Source of the DNA: a virus
Taxonomy: Duplodnaviria; Caudoviricetes
Strand: one strand, 5' to 3'
Length of the DNA: 58,382 nt
Virus record (IMG/VR): IMGVR_UViG_3300048694_000413
Location: 1 to 58,382 of that record
The position numbers were made by a program, and so were the translations under genes. The notes under the pieces are model-generated. The model did no database searches, was not told the DNA's origin, and saw nothing but the letters and a program-made list of their open reading frames with translations. Below, piece by piece: positions 8,962 to 18,359 of the stretch. The number at the start of each line of letters is the position of its first letter. The stretch's first letter is position 1.

Positions 8962-9163
8962 CTTCGTTCTCCAATTCTACTAATTCTAAAATAAGTGTTC
9001 TTCTATCCTCATCATATGACAAGGAGATATTTTTATCGCTGAAATCTGCTAGAACTACATCCATTGGTAGTTCTAGATGGTTATTATTAACCAATACAGC
9101 GGTAGCCAAAATATTCATAAAACTGACATTTGTCAACTCTTCTTCTGTTGGCTGTTCACTCAT
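8927..9163 (-). CDS. Acidic hypothetical protein
   Basis: ATGA-coupled to the dnaE stop. Confidence 0.55.
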   Translation of the reverse strand: MSEQPTEEELTNVSFMNILATAVLVNNNHLELPMDVVLADFSDKNISLSYDEDRRTLILELVELENEDESGQTIEESA

Positions 9164-12100
9164 AGTACATTCCTAACTGTAATAGTTCCATCGTCCAGTT
9201 TTCCTAACTGAACATCTGATATTCCACCAGCCTTCATTTTACCAAGAGCCTTGGTATACATGGCTGGGAATACAATGGCTCGTGTCATTTCTTTCTTATC
9301 ATCGCTAAGGATAACATGTGCCATCATTTTGTTTGCCTTTGTCTTGTAGTGTGTAAAGTCAACTACATAATATTCGCCAGAACCGCTGAGAATTTCATCA
9401 GCATATAGATAGTCAATAAAGGGATCTGGCTTTCTATTAACTACATCCTCTATTGTAACATATCTATGAATTCTATTGTCGCCTACGAGGAAGAAATACA
9501 TGTTGCCAGTCTCAATCTGTGTATTCTCATTATGGAAAATACCAATAGAGCCTGTATCATCTACGAGTTCTACTCGTGACCAACCTGTACCCTTTTTAAT
9601 TGACTTAACCATAGCCATAAGGACGAAACATCCCTCTTCAATAAATTCTTCTAGAGGTGATACCTGCGCCTTAATCTTTGGCTCCAGTCCAGCAACATCA
9701 AATCGTGGGATATCTAGATATTCATAATAATTCTCAGATTCTTTTCCACTTCTGGGATTATCATCAAATGCTGCTGCTCCAATAGAATTCAGGGCATCGA
9801 TAGCACGGCTATTAATACCACTACCCTTTACAGCAGATACTTCCCTTAAATGCTCAAATGATTTAAATGGTGCATTCTCAATAATCTTTTGACCGATATT
9901 CTCAGAGATAAATTTGATATTGGCTAAACCAAATCGAATACTGTTTCCCTGAATTGTAAAATCAAGGTCTGATTCATTGACATGGGGAAGAAGAACCTTT
10001 ATTCCAAGTCTCTTTGCTTCCAGTAGATATTCTGTTCTGGTGTCTTTGTTACCCTCGTTCTTGAGGAGAGCAAATACAAATTCAGTCGGATAATAATGCT
10101 TAAGCCAAGCAGTCCAATAGCCGAGCATAGAATAAGCAACAGCGTGACTGCGGTTAAAGGAATACCCAGCATGAGCCTCAAAGTCGTGCCAAAGGTGTTC
10201 GGCAGCCTCTTTAGTAATATGCTTAGTCGCACCCTCAACGAATTTATCTCTGTATGCATCAAACTCTCTCGCATCCTTTTTCTTTCCAATAATCTTACGG
10301 ACTTTATCTGCTTCTGCCCAAGTCATTCCGCCAAGATGTACACAGGCTTGCATAACCTGTTCTTGATAAATGATAACACCATAAGTGTTCTTAGTGAAAT
10401 CCTGCATGATTGGATGAACATATTCAACCATTTCAGAACCATTCTTACGAGCAATATATGCTGCACCTACGGTATTCATAGCACCTGGACGAACAAGGGC
10501 ATTTGATGCTGCTAAGTCCTCAAAGGAGTCTACACCCATTTTAATCAGAAGATTTGTGTATGGGGTTGCTTCAGCCTGAAATACGCCCTTGGTAAAACCG
10601 TTAGAAAGATCTTTATAAATCTTCTTATCGTCTAGTGGAATCTCTTTTAGTTTAATCTTTAGATTATGACGCTCTTCAATCATTGTCATTGTATCCTGAA
10701 TTACTGATAGAGTCTTTAATCCGAGGACATCAAGTTTAATTAGACCGATATCTGCCGCTTGGTCCATATCATATCCAATTGCTGGAATACGACCAGATAC
10801 CTTATCGGATGGGTCAGAGCGTGTTTCAATTGGAGCAAAGTCAGCAATTGGCTTATTTGCAACAACTACACCTGCGGCGTGAATACCAACACCACGAATA
10901 CGACCACGCAACTTATTTGCATAATCTACAACCTCTGGATATTTTTCACGAAACCATGCAGCATTTGGATTAACTTCAAAATCCTCAAATGTTTCAATAC
11001 CCTTGAGAGCCTTGTTTACTTCTCCAAGCGGAATCCCAAATACACGAGCAACATCTCGTACAACTCCCTTATCCTTGAAATACTGATAAGTTGAAATCGA
11101 TGCAACATTCTTAAACTTCTTTCTGAGGTAATCCTTTACCTCTCCACGCCGTCTATCCATGAAGTCGGTATCAATATCAGGGAAGTCATTACGCTCTGGA
11201 TTAATAAATCGGAAAAACAGTAGGTCATACTGAATTGGGTCAACTTCTGTAATGCCAAGTAGGTAACACACAAGTGAACCTGCAGCGGAACCACGACCTG
11301 GACCAACAAAGATATTGTTATCCTTAGCCCAGTTAATCATATCAGATACAACTAGAAAATATGATGAGAAGTCCTTGGACTTAATAACATCAAGTTCTTC
11401 TTTTAGTCTACTGATGTACTGTTCAGTTTCCAGCCCCTTTGATGTTAATGCGTATCCACACATTTCTTCAAGTTGCTTGTGTGCATCTTTCTTAGGCTTA
11501 GGAAGTAGTGATAGACCCTCATAATAATCGTAGTCGCCAATCTTGTCGGCAATCTCTAAAGTATTCTCATAGATATCTGTACGAGTAATTCCAGCCTTTT
11601 CATACCATGCCGCAACATCTGTACGATTCTGAAGATATACATCAATCTCTTCAAAAGAGATCGGACGGTCAGGATATAGGTCATTGAATCTGGCGAAGAT
11701 ATCGCCCTTTTTCTTAGCCTTTTCGTAATCAGTTTCCTTATTTACATTTGGCTTAGTTGAAAGAATAAGTAGTGTTTCCTCAAGAGCCTTCTGGTCTTGG
11801 GTAGCATAATGACAGTCTGATGTTGTGACTGATTTAATTCCAAGCCTATCCGCCAAATCTAGGAGTTTAGTATTAACCTCAACTGGATTATGTGGCTGAA
11901 CTTCCATATAAAAGTCACCATTAAAACGCTTCTGAAACCAGCGTGCAAGTTCTTCTGCCCTATCGTCCTGTCCACGCTCAAACGCCTTACAGATAAGTCC
12001 ATTTAGGCAGCCAGAAAGAATAATAAGGTCATCACCATATTCGTCAAGGACTTCTAGGTCAATTCGTGGCTTGCGGTAATATCCCTCTGTCCATGCAATT

Positions 12101-12435
12101 TCAGATAAACGCTGTAGGTTCTTTAGACCATTCTGATTCTTTGCAAGAATAATGATATGGTTGAATACCTGTGTGTTGTCATCACGGCTCTTAACATCAC
12201 GCTTGTCGAAGCGGTCTGTTTCTGAAATATAAGCCTCTAATCCAAGGATGGGCTTGATACCCATTTCCTTGGATGCCTTTTGCAGGTCTCTATGACCTGA
12301 TAGAGTTCCGTGGTCAGTAATTGCTACCGCTGTTTGACCCAAATCCTTAGCGGCTTGCATCAACTCTTCTGGTGAGCATAGACCGTCCATAAGGCTATAA
12401 TGACTATGTACATGAAGATGTACTAAATCTGACAA
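9160..12435 (-). CDS. dnaE: DNA polymerase III alpha subunit (family C)
   Basis: PHP domain HLHVHS/TDHG/SDCHY, GPGRGSAAGSLV, PDIDTD, KLDVLGL, YSFNRSHAVAY; TTG start with AGGAG SD. Confidence 0.97.
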   Translation of the reverse strand: MSDLVHLHVHSHYSLMDGLCSPEELMQAAKDLGQTAVAITDHGTLSGHRDLQKASKEMGIKPILGLEAYISETDRFDKRDVKSRDDNTQVFNHIIILAKNQNGLKNLQRLSEIAWTEGYYRKPRIDLEVLDEYGDDLIILSGCLNGLICKAFERGQDDRAEELARWFQKRFNGDFYMEVQPHNPVEVNTKLLDLADRLGIKSVTTSDCHYATQDQKALEETLLILSTKPNVNKETDYEKAKKKGDIFARFNDLYPDRPISFEEIDVYLQNRTDVAAWYEKAGITRTDIYENTLEIADKIGDYDYYEGLSLLPKPKKDAHKQLEEMCGYALTSKGLETEQYISRLKEELDVIKSKDFSSYFLVVSDMINWAKDNNIFVGPGRGSAAGSLVCYLLGITEVDPIQYDLLFFRFINPERNDFPDIDTDFMDRRRGEVKDYLRKKFKNVASISTYQYFKDKGVVRDVARVFGIPLGEVNKALKGIETFEDFEVNPNAAWFREKYPEVVDYANKLRGRIRGVGIHAAGVVVANKPIADFAPIETRSDPSDKVSGRIPAIGYDMDQAADIGLIKLDVLGLKTLSVIQDTMTMIEERHNLKIKLKEIPLDDKKIYKDLSNGFTKGVFQAEATPYTNLLIKMGVDSFEDLAASNALVRPGAMNTVGAAYIARKNGSEMVEYVHPIMQDFTKNTYGVIIYQEQVMQACVHLGGMTWAEADKVRKIIGKKKDAREFDAYRDKFVEGATKHITKEAAEHLWHDFEAHAGYSFNRSHAVAYSMLGYWTAWLKHYYPTEFVFALLKNEGNKDTRTEYLLEAKRLGIKVLLPHVNESDLDFTIQGNSIRFGLANIKFISENIGQKIIENAPFKSFEHLREVSAVKGSGINSRAIDALNSIGAAAFDDNPRSGKESENYYEYLDIPRFDVAGLEPKIKAQVSPLEEFIEEGCFVLMAMVKSIKKGTGWSRVELVDDTGSIGIFHNENTQIETGNMYFFLVGDNRIHRYVTIEDVVNRKPDPFIDYLYADEILSGSGEYYVVDFTHYKTKANKMMAHVILSDDKKEMTRAIVFPAMYTKALGKMKAGGISDVQLGKLDDGTITVRNVL

Positions 12436-12453
12436 GATTGTCTCCTAAAGTAG

Positions 12454-12485
12454 ACTAGGGGTGGCTGTTTCCAACCACCCCTAGT
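12454..12485 (-). terminator. Strong hairpin (terminator or attenuator) between ssb and dnaE
   Basis: Minus strand ACTAGGGGTGGTTG-GAAA-CAGCCACCCCTAGT: 14-bp stem with one G-U pair and a GNRA loop; weak U tract (CTACTTT). Confidence 0.65.
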
Positions 12486-12496
12486 ATAACAAATAC

Positions 12497-13165
12497 TTAC
12501 CACTCTACGCTAGAGGAAGTTGCTGATTCTTCTGAATCATCTGATGTATGTCCAAAGTAGAACGCTTCCTGCTCTGCGTAAGGAACATCACGAACTGCGA
12601 CCTTCTCAAGGTCAAAGAGTTCAACGCTATCAAAATCGATAGGCTTCATATCCTTAGTTGGGAGTGGAATGATACTATAGTTTGTATCTGTCTTCTCACC
12701 TGTGCGCTTCAAACGCCATGTGACATTACTGATAGCACCTGTCTCACCAGCATACTGAATGATTTCTGGTGTAGCAGACTTTGGTCCACCACCCTGTGAG
12801 AAGATAGCGACATAGGGATCTTCCTTGCCGTCGTCTACTAGCACATTCATGTAGAGTCGTGAACGACCCTTCCAGCCAGCCTTCATATCCTTTCGGTGCA
12901 TCTCGCAGCCGAAGCAGCGACCCTGGTCATCAGCAGAGCAAAGTGCCTTGCGGCGGTAATCCTTTGGGTTTGTATGCTCAACTGCAATGAACCCTAGACC
13001 ACCCTTCTCGTTATACTCTGGTGAGTCTGGGTCTAGTTCCTGCAGGAACCGAATCTTAACGCTTTCGCCGTCAGCCAACTTGAGCCAACGACCCTTGCCA
13101 CCCTCTGATGATTGTGGCTTATCTAGTGCTGCATTTAGTGCAGCCAGACCTGTAATAATTGCCAT
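12497..13165 (-). CDS. ssb: Single-stranded DNA-binding protein (T4 gp32-like)
   Basis: WLKLADGESVKIRFL, H/C zinc ligands (EH...C...CFGC), KRTGEKTDTNY, acidic tail ending in W. Confidence 0.8.
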   Translation of the reverse strand: MAIITGLAALNAALDKPQSSEGGKGRWLKLADGESVKIRFLQELDPDSPEYNEKGGLGFIAVEHTNPKDYRRKALCSADDQGRCFGCEMHRKDMKAGWKGRSRLYMNVLVDDGKEDPYVAIFSQGGGPKSATPEIIQYAGETGAISNVTWRLKRTGEKTDTNYSIIPLPTKDMKPIDFDSVELFDLEKVAVRDVPYAEQEAFYFGHTSDDSEESATSSSVEW

Positions 13166-13211
13166 GTATATCTCCTAATGTATTGGGCTATAGAATGCCC
13201 ATCTGTATTCT

Positions 13212-13240
13212 ATTATAGCACTTTTACTTAATGCCGTCAA
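13212..13240 (-). promoter_or_regulatory. Near-consensus primary-sigma promoter for ssb-dnaE
   Basis: TTGACG-N17-TATAAT with TG extension (TGCTATAAT). Confidence 0.8.
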
Positions 13241-14195
13241 GGGCATTTAAGTATTCAAAATGTGTTACTGCATTATCAATGCATTGACGAATTTCTTCAT
13301 TTGTCATGTCACCAATATCCTTGGCTCCATGAGGATATATTACACCATTATCATATGATGCCCAAAGAATATCCTTATTCTTTAGTTTGTAGGCAATTTC
13401 TCTGCCTAACTTTCTACCAGCCTCATCTGCATCAGTTGCAATAATAATTCTGGATGAAAACTTATTTAGATTGTCAATATTCTCATTAGAAAGATGACCA
13501 CCAAGTGTCGCTACCGCATTTGGAAATCCTGCCTCATAGAATCGAATGGCATCAAATGATGACTCTACTATGATAATGGTTCCACCCTCACGCTTAGCAC
13601 GATGTAGATTAAACATGGTTTTGCTGCGTGGAAGGTGAGTAGAATTCTTAAATGATTTACCCTCAATTGATCTTCCAACTAATCCGACTGGCATTCCATC
13701 TGGAGAGTGAATAGGTACAATGACCATATCCTGAGCCTTGGAATATCCTAATTTAAAATGGTCGATACTCTTTTGAGTAATACCCCTTGACTCAAAGTAT
13801 GCTATGGAGCGTTCGTCGATAGAGTTATATAGTTCATCTAGTTTATCCTGGGAAAACTCTTCAAACTCTGGCTTATCCTCTAAAAGTTCTGCTAATTCGC
13901 TCTCAAAGTTTGCTGCAGATTCCTGTTGCATAGAAATAATAAATCGAAGTGCTTCATAGTCATTACGCTGTGAAAGTTCTTTGACTAATTCTACAATAGT
14001 TCCGCTAACACCACAAGATGGGTTGAAACAAATGTACAGCCCCTTGGTATGACTTACAGAAAAAGATGGAGTATTTCTATTTCCATGAAATGGACATAGA
14101 CATAGGAAGTCATTTGATGTTTCGCTAACTACGCTAATTCCGAGCGAGCGAATCATAGCCCTCATATGGGACTGACTATAGGTTTCCAAAATCAT
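13224..14195 (-). CDS. dnaG: DNA primase (CHC2 zinc finger + TOPRIM)
   Basis: CPFH...CFNPSC, IIVESSFDA, ATLGG, TDADEAG, KDIGD. Confidence 0.92.
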   Translation of the reverse strand: MILETYSQSHMRAMIRSLGISVVSETSNDFLCLCPFHGNRNTPSFSVSHTKGLYICFNPSCGVSGTIVELVKELSQRNDYEALRFIISMQQESAANFESELAELLEDKPEFEEFSQDKLDELYNSIDERSIAYFESRGITQKSIDHFKLGYSKAQDMVIVPIHSPDGMPVGLVGRSIEGKSFKNSTHLPRSKTMFNLHRAKREGGTIIIVESSFDAIRFYEAGFPNAVATLGGHLSNENIDNLNKFSSRIIIATDADEAGRKLGREIAYKLKNKDILWASYDNGVIYPHGAKDIGDMTNEEIRQCIDNAVTHFEYLNALDGIK

Positions 14196-14196
14196 T

Positions 14197-14475
14197 TTAT
14201 TCTTTCTCTATAAACTGTTGCCCAGAGAATCCGATTATCTTCTGAGCCTTTTTCTTTCCGACATAAACGCCGTACATATAGATTGAAAAATTGTAACTAT
14301 CTAGTTTAATATTATATGATGTAAAAAATTGAATGTCAAGGTCAAGAACAGGTACATATCCTGCAATTCTCATCTCATCTTCAAGTAGTTTTGAATAATA
14401 CTGCTTTTTGCCATATAGGTGAGCATCATCAAATATTACCCCATCAAAACCGAACTTTTTGATATTCCTTGCCAT
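14197..14475 (-). CDS. Hypothetical phage protein
   Basis: 92-aa ORF with an upstream GGTATAAT element. Confidence 0.6.
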   Translation of the reverse strand: MARNIKKFGFDGVIFDDAHLYGKKQYYSKLLEDEMRIAGYVPVLDLDIQFFTSYNIKLDSYNFSIYMYGVYVGKKKAQKIIGFSGQQFIEKE

Positions 14476-14522
14476 ATTCAGTTCTACCTACAATTCTTAG
14501 TTGTAGATTCAATTATACCGTT

Positions 14523-15746
14523 TTATAAGGGATTTTCATAAATCTCTTTGACGATACCACGGTCAATATCCCAATCTAGAAAGAATCCAAACTCTGTACC
14601 ATGACGATTCTTTCGTGATACAATTTCAATAATATTGGTATCTGGAGTACGATGAACTGCGAATGCCATATCAGCATCGTATTCAATCGCCTTAGACCAT
14701 GCAACCTGTGAAAGCATTGGTGGACCATCCTGATTTGAAATATCGTCCATAGTTGCAGCAGTAATATCAATAACAGGAATGTTATTGCGAACTGCAAGAT
14801 TCTTAAACTCACGAGAGATATTCATATTACGCTCTGTTGGAGCCTTGGAATTGTTACTGTCTGTGAACAACTGGTGATAATCAAGAATAACTAGATCGGG
14901 TTTATGCTGGTCAATCTTAGCCTGAATGGTTGTAGGAGTAACATTACCTGACCCCTCGTTAGAAACTAGAATGAAGTTATTTGTATCTGTAAACTTTTTC
15001 TTACCCCATGCATCGAAATCATCCATGTTGATATTTCCACGAGAAAAATCAGAAGCACGGAATAAACCTGAACCCAGCATAGTATAAATACGGTCACGCA
15101 TATTTTCTGGAGTCATTTCCAAGGATACAATCATTGGCTTAAATCCCTGTTCCCACGCCTTACAAGCAAGGTAGGATGTGAACCATGTCTTACCACGACC
15201 TGCCCAACCAATAGCAACAATAAGATGCCCTGGAGCCATTCCTGTAGGGTATGCTAAATCTAGAGCCTTAATGCCAGTAGAAATACCTGGAGAACCGCCC
15301 ATTTCCCTAGAACGCTCACGAAGAGCGATAAGGTGCTTCTCTGCATTTTGATAGTCGGTAACATCAAGGTCACGGACTGCTGTAGTTAGTTTTGCCAAGG
15401 TAGCAATTTCAGACTGCATTTCTGATAGGACTCGTGCAGGTGCATTTCCTTTAAGACTATTGCCAGACTTAAGTAGTAGATTTCTAATCTTTGAGGATAG
15501 ATATTCACTACGAAGTTGGTCAAGGTAATATTCTGTCTCACCCTTAGTTACTTGTGGTTCAAAATCCTTAAACTTTTCCTGAAGAACTGATGCATCTGGA
15601 ACAGCCTTAAACTTGTAATAGTAAGACTTTAGACCTTCCCAAACATCACGATGAGACTGAAAAAGATCGTCTACATTCTCCGCCATAAGCGTTGAAATGT
15701 CCTTGTTTGTACACACTGAATTAATCACTGCTGATTCGATGTTCAT
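14523..15746 (-). CDS. dnaB: DnaB-like replicative helicase
   Basis: GWAGRGKT Walker A, SLEM, ILDYHQL, IEYDAD, KNRHG. Confidence 0.93.
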   Translation of the reverse strand: MNIESAVINSVCTNKDISTLMAENVDDLFQSHRDVWEGLKSYYYKFKAVPDASVLQEKFKDFEPQVTKGETEYYLDQLRSEYLSSKIRNLLLKSGNSLKGNAPARVLSEMQSEIATLAKLTTAVRDLDVTDYQNAEKHLIALRERSREMGGSPGISTGIKALDLAYPTGMAPGHLIVAIGWAGRGKTWFTSYLACKAWEQGFKPMIVSLEMTPENMRDRIYTMLGSGLFRASDFSRGNINMDDFDAWGKKKFTDTNNFILVSNEGSGNVTPTTIQAKIDQHKPDLVILDYHQLFTDSNNSKAPTERNMNISREFKNLAVRNNIPVIDITAATMDDISNQDGPPMLSQVAWSKAIEYDADMAFAVHRTPDTNIIEIVSRKNRHGTEFGFFLDWDIDRGIVKEIYENPL

Positions 15747-16074
15747 TCTCTTCCCTCTCTACCATTGCTTTTGTTTGCTGTCTAATTTTTTCTCGTCTGA
15801 TTTTGTCTTCTTCTAGTGACTTCATTACTTCATCTAATTTGTCAAAGTTGTAGTAGAACCACTGTAGCGGATGACCAGCCTTTGTAGTTGAGAAGTAATA
15901 GTCTAGAAGTTCCTTGGCACGCTCATATCCAACAGATTCTGCAACATCAACCATAGCCCACTTTTCACGGTATTGATTTACTGTTGGAGTTCTATTGTAT
16001 TTATCTGCATATAAAGAAATATAATATTTTACTAGAGCGTGACCATACTTATTTGCGTTATTATCGTTTGCCAT
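15721..16074 (-). CDS. Hypothetical protein (possible helicase loader)
   Basis: Immediately upstream of and overlapping dnaB; function guessed from position only. Confidence 0.55.
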   Translation of the reverse strand: MANDNNANKYGHALVKYYISLYADKYNRTPTVNQYREKWAMVDVAESVGYERAKELLDYYFSTTKAGHPLQWFYYNFDKLDEVMKSLEEDKIRREKIRQQTKAMVEREENEHRISSD

Positions 16075-16279
16075 TATTTAGTTCCTCTGTAACCTGCGTA
16101 ACCTTTTCAACTAGTTTGTTTTCTACAAAACCATATACTCTTTCGGTTGCTGCATCTACAGATTCACCCTGTCGAACAAAGTCTTCGACTGAAATTCCAA
16201 TGCGTAGGGACTCATAATTCCCTAGATTTTTTGTATAGTGCAGGTCTATTCGCACATGTGTACTATCACTCATCTTCAT
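16061..16279 (-). CDS. Conserved small phage protein
   Basis: YTKNLGNYESLRI motif, common in phage replication modules. Confidence 0.65.
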   Translation of the reverse strand: MKMSDSTHVRIDLHYTKNLGNYESLRIGISVEDFVRQGESVDAATERVYGFVENKLVEKVTQVTEELNNGKR

Positions 16280-16487
16280 CTTCTTCCTCTGTAGGACTAA
16301 ATCCTAACATAACTGAACCCTTTTTGTCAATATCTTTCATTCGACCTGCTAAAACTGCCCATCGCTCTGCAATTAAAACAAGAGCCTCAACATCCCTATT
16401 TTGTTTTGCGAGACCCTTTGCAATTCTAAGTGAATCAACACATTGTTCAATGGATAAATCCATTACCTCTTTATGAAAATCGTTCAT
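16266..16487 (-). CDS. Hypothetical protein
   Basis: 73-aa ORF in the operon with an acidic tail. Confidence 0.55.
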   Translation of the reverse strand: MNDFHKEVMDLSIEQCVDSLRIAKGLAKQNRDVEALVLIAERWAVLAGRMKDIDKKGSVMLGFSPTEEEDEDE

Positions 16488-16490
16488 ACT

Positions 16491-17003
16491 CTACCATTCT
16501 GGTTGTTTCCAAACAGGGCTAAATTCACCCTGTTCAGTTTTAATATATAACACTGTTTCGTGTCTAAGCATTGCTTCAAGTTCCGCTTTTGTGGGAAGAT
16601 TTGAGATTACTGGCTTACCATCATTTCTTGGTCGCCCACGACTAACTGTTAATAAAAATGCGTGCATCTCACGAACATCATCCTCACTCATATAGTATAC
16701 CCCAGGGGCTTTTCTTTCGTCAATACTATATGTTTTTTGAACAGGTCTGACTGCACCGCTCTTAATATAATTTTTAAGAATAGTCGGATGTCTATTTAAA
16801 ATCTTAGATACATTTGTAATAGAATAAGCGTGTTGCATATCATTCTGAATACTACTCCAGACATATGCTACACGCTTTCCCTGTGGATAATTCCAGGCTA
16901 TGACTAAATCTTCACCTCGTGATAAACGAAGTATTTTATGAAGTTCTGCATTGGCAAAGAAGTACCTTACTCTTTGCTTCTTGCCTTTTCTTCTCTTAGC
17001 CAT
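16491..17003 (-). CDS. MerR/excisionase-like HTH DNA-binding protein
   Basis: YSITNVSKILNRHPTILKNYIKSG HTH, YYMSEDDV wing, RGRPR motif. Confidence 0.65.
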   Translation of the reverse strand: MAKRRKGKKQRVRYFFANAELHKILRLSRGEDLVIAWNYPQGKRVAYVWSSIQNDMQHAYSITNVSKILNRHPTILKNYIKSGAVRPVQKTYSIDERKAPGVYYMSEDDVREMHAFLLTVSRGRPRNDGKPVISNLPTKAELEAMLRHETVLYIKTEQGEFSPVWKQPEW

Positions 17004-17131
17004 TTACCAAATTCACTATCTTTTTCTATGAACCACTCTCTACTACAATTAATACAGACTAATTCTATGAAGGGATCATGGGGGGAAAGGTTTTCAATAA
17101 ACACTCGCCCCCCACAATCACTACAACTCAT
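16967..17131 (-). CDS. Small zinc-ribbon protein (54 aa), not in the ORF track
   Basis: Manual translation: MSCSDCGGRVFIENLSPHDPFIELVCINCSREWFIEKDSEFGKWLREEKARSKE; fills the gap between genes. Confidence 0.75.
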   Translation of the reverse strand: MSCSDCGGRVFIENLSPHDPFIELVCINCSREWFIEKDSEFGKWLREEKARSKE

Positions 17132-17132
17132 G

Positions 17133-17534
17133 TTAAGCCTTTGGAGTCTTCTTGACTGCTGGCTTCTTTGTTGCGGTAGCCTTCTTCTTTACTACCTTCT
17201 TTGCAACTTCCTCAGCACCATCTGCCATTTTTGCAACATTCTTTTCATTCTTTGATGAAAAGAAGTTGAATGACTCTAGTGTACCATTTAGGCTGGAATT
17301 CTTAAGAATACCAACATAAACAATCTGTGCTGCTGTAAATGTTGCAACAATGGTGTTAGCGATATTGTCAACGCTTAGGGTCTGACCCTGAACAATAACC
17401 ATACCAAATCCACCTAGTACGCTCATGACAAGTGCGAGAACACTTCTCTGAGTCTTAGTTAGATTTACTGTCTTGAACAGCGATGTTAGTACGCTGACAA
17501 TGATACCAGTAATTGCTACTGTAACCAATTCCAT
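17133..17534 (-). CDS. Holin-like membrane protein with Lys/Ala-rich tail
   Basis: Three hydrophobic segments then KKVVKKKATATKKPAVKKTPKA; AGGAG SD. Confidence 0.55.
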   Translation of the reverse strand: MELVTVAITGIIVSVLTSLFKTVNLTKTQRSVLALVMSVLGGFGMVIVQGQTLSVDNIANTIVATFTAAQIVYVGILKNSSLNGTLESFNFFSSKNEKNVAKMADGAEEVAKKVVKKKATATKKPAVKKTPKA

Positions 17535-17543
17535 TTTTTCTCC

Positions 17544-18302
17544 TTATACTTGGAATTTCTTACCGTCAACTACACAGGTATAATCCCGTGTAATTTGAAT
17601 CAACTGCATGTGAGGATATCCATCCACAACATGTGCAATTGCAAAACCTGCTTGCCAATTCTTTTGAAGCGAATAGTCCATTAGATTTGGGTCGCACAGA
17701 TGTCCAATTTCATATCCCCGAAGTTCCTGACCAGTTAGGTCGTAGGTCTGGTAATATGCACCCATACGGTGTGAGTGTCCACGCACTAGTGATACGCCGA
17801 AGTTATTAACATCGTTGCGTACAGATTCTCCTGCGTGCTTGGAGATAGATTCGCCGTGGTGAGCATACATGTCACCAAAACGCTTTACTGGTGGCTGACT
17901 ATAATAATGCCACTCAAATCCTGCATTCTTATAGTCATACAATGACTCTGGACTTACATAATCCAAAAATGCTGGAGCCTTCTTAGCAAGGTAGTCTCCG
18001 TGTCGTGTCCAGCCATGATTTCCATCGTGGAAATGCTTATCTGCCTTTGGAACTATCTTATTAATTTCATGAAGGAAATCTCGTGTACCCTTGACACCGC
18101 CGTCCTCTAGAGATACGCTAAACTCTGCTGGATATTCTGCTGCCCATCGGGAAGTAGAATCAGCATCATCAATATCTCCAAGAAGGTCAACTGCATCTGG
18201 CTTCCAAGCCTTCATGACTTTTAGAAATAGTTCTACCTTGCGTGGATCATGACGAGGGAAATGTACATCCGATACCATCATCCATTTTAGGTCGTTCGTC
18301 AA
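17544..18302 (-). CDS. Calcineurin-like metallophosphoesterase
   Basis: SDVH, GDIDD, GNH, HHG, GHSH motifs. Confidence 0.88.
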   Translation of the reverse strand: MTNDLKWMMVSDVHFPRHDPRKVELFLKVMKAWKPDAVDLLGDIDDADSTSRWAAEYPAEFSVSLEDGGVKGTRDFLHEINKIVPKADKHFHDGNHGWTRHGDYLAKKAPAFLDYVSPESLYDYKNAGFEWHYYSQPPVKRFGDMYAHHGESISKHAGESVRNDVNNFGVSLVRGHSHRMGAYYQTYDLTGQELRGYEIGHLCDPNLMDYSLQKNWQAGFAIAHVVDGYPHMQLIQITRDYTCVVDGKKFQV

Positions 18303-18331
18303 TGTTCTACCTTTCTTAGTAGTTACATCTA

Positions 18332-18359
18332 AGTATACAATTTATTTTTTGTATGTCAA
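18332..18359 (-). promoter_or_regulatory. Consensus primary-sigma promoter opening the non-structural arm
   Basis: TTGACA-N16-TATACT upstream of the phosphoesterase. Confidence 0.75.
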
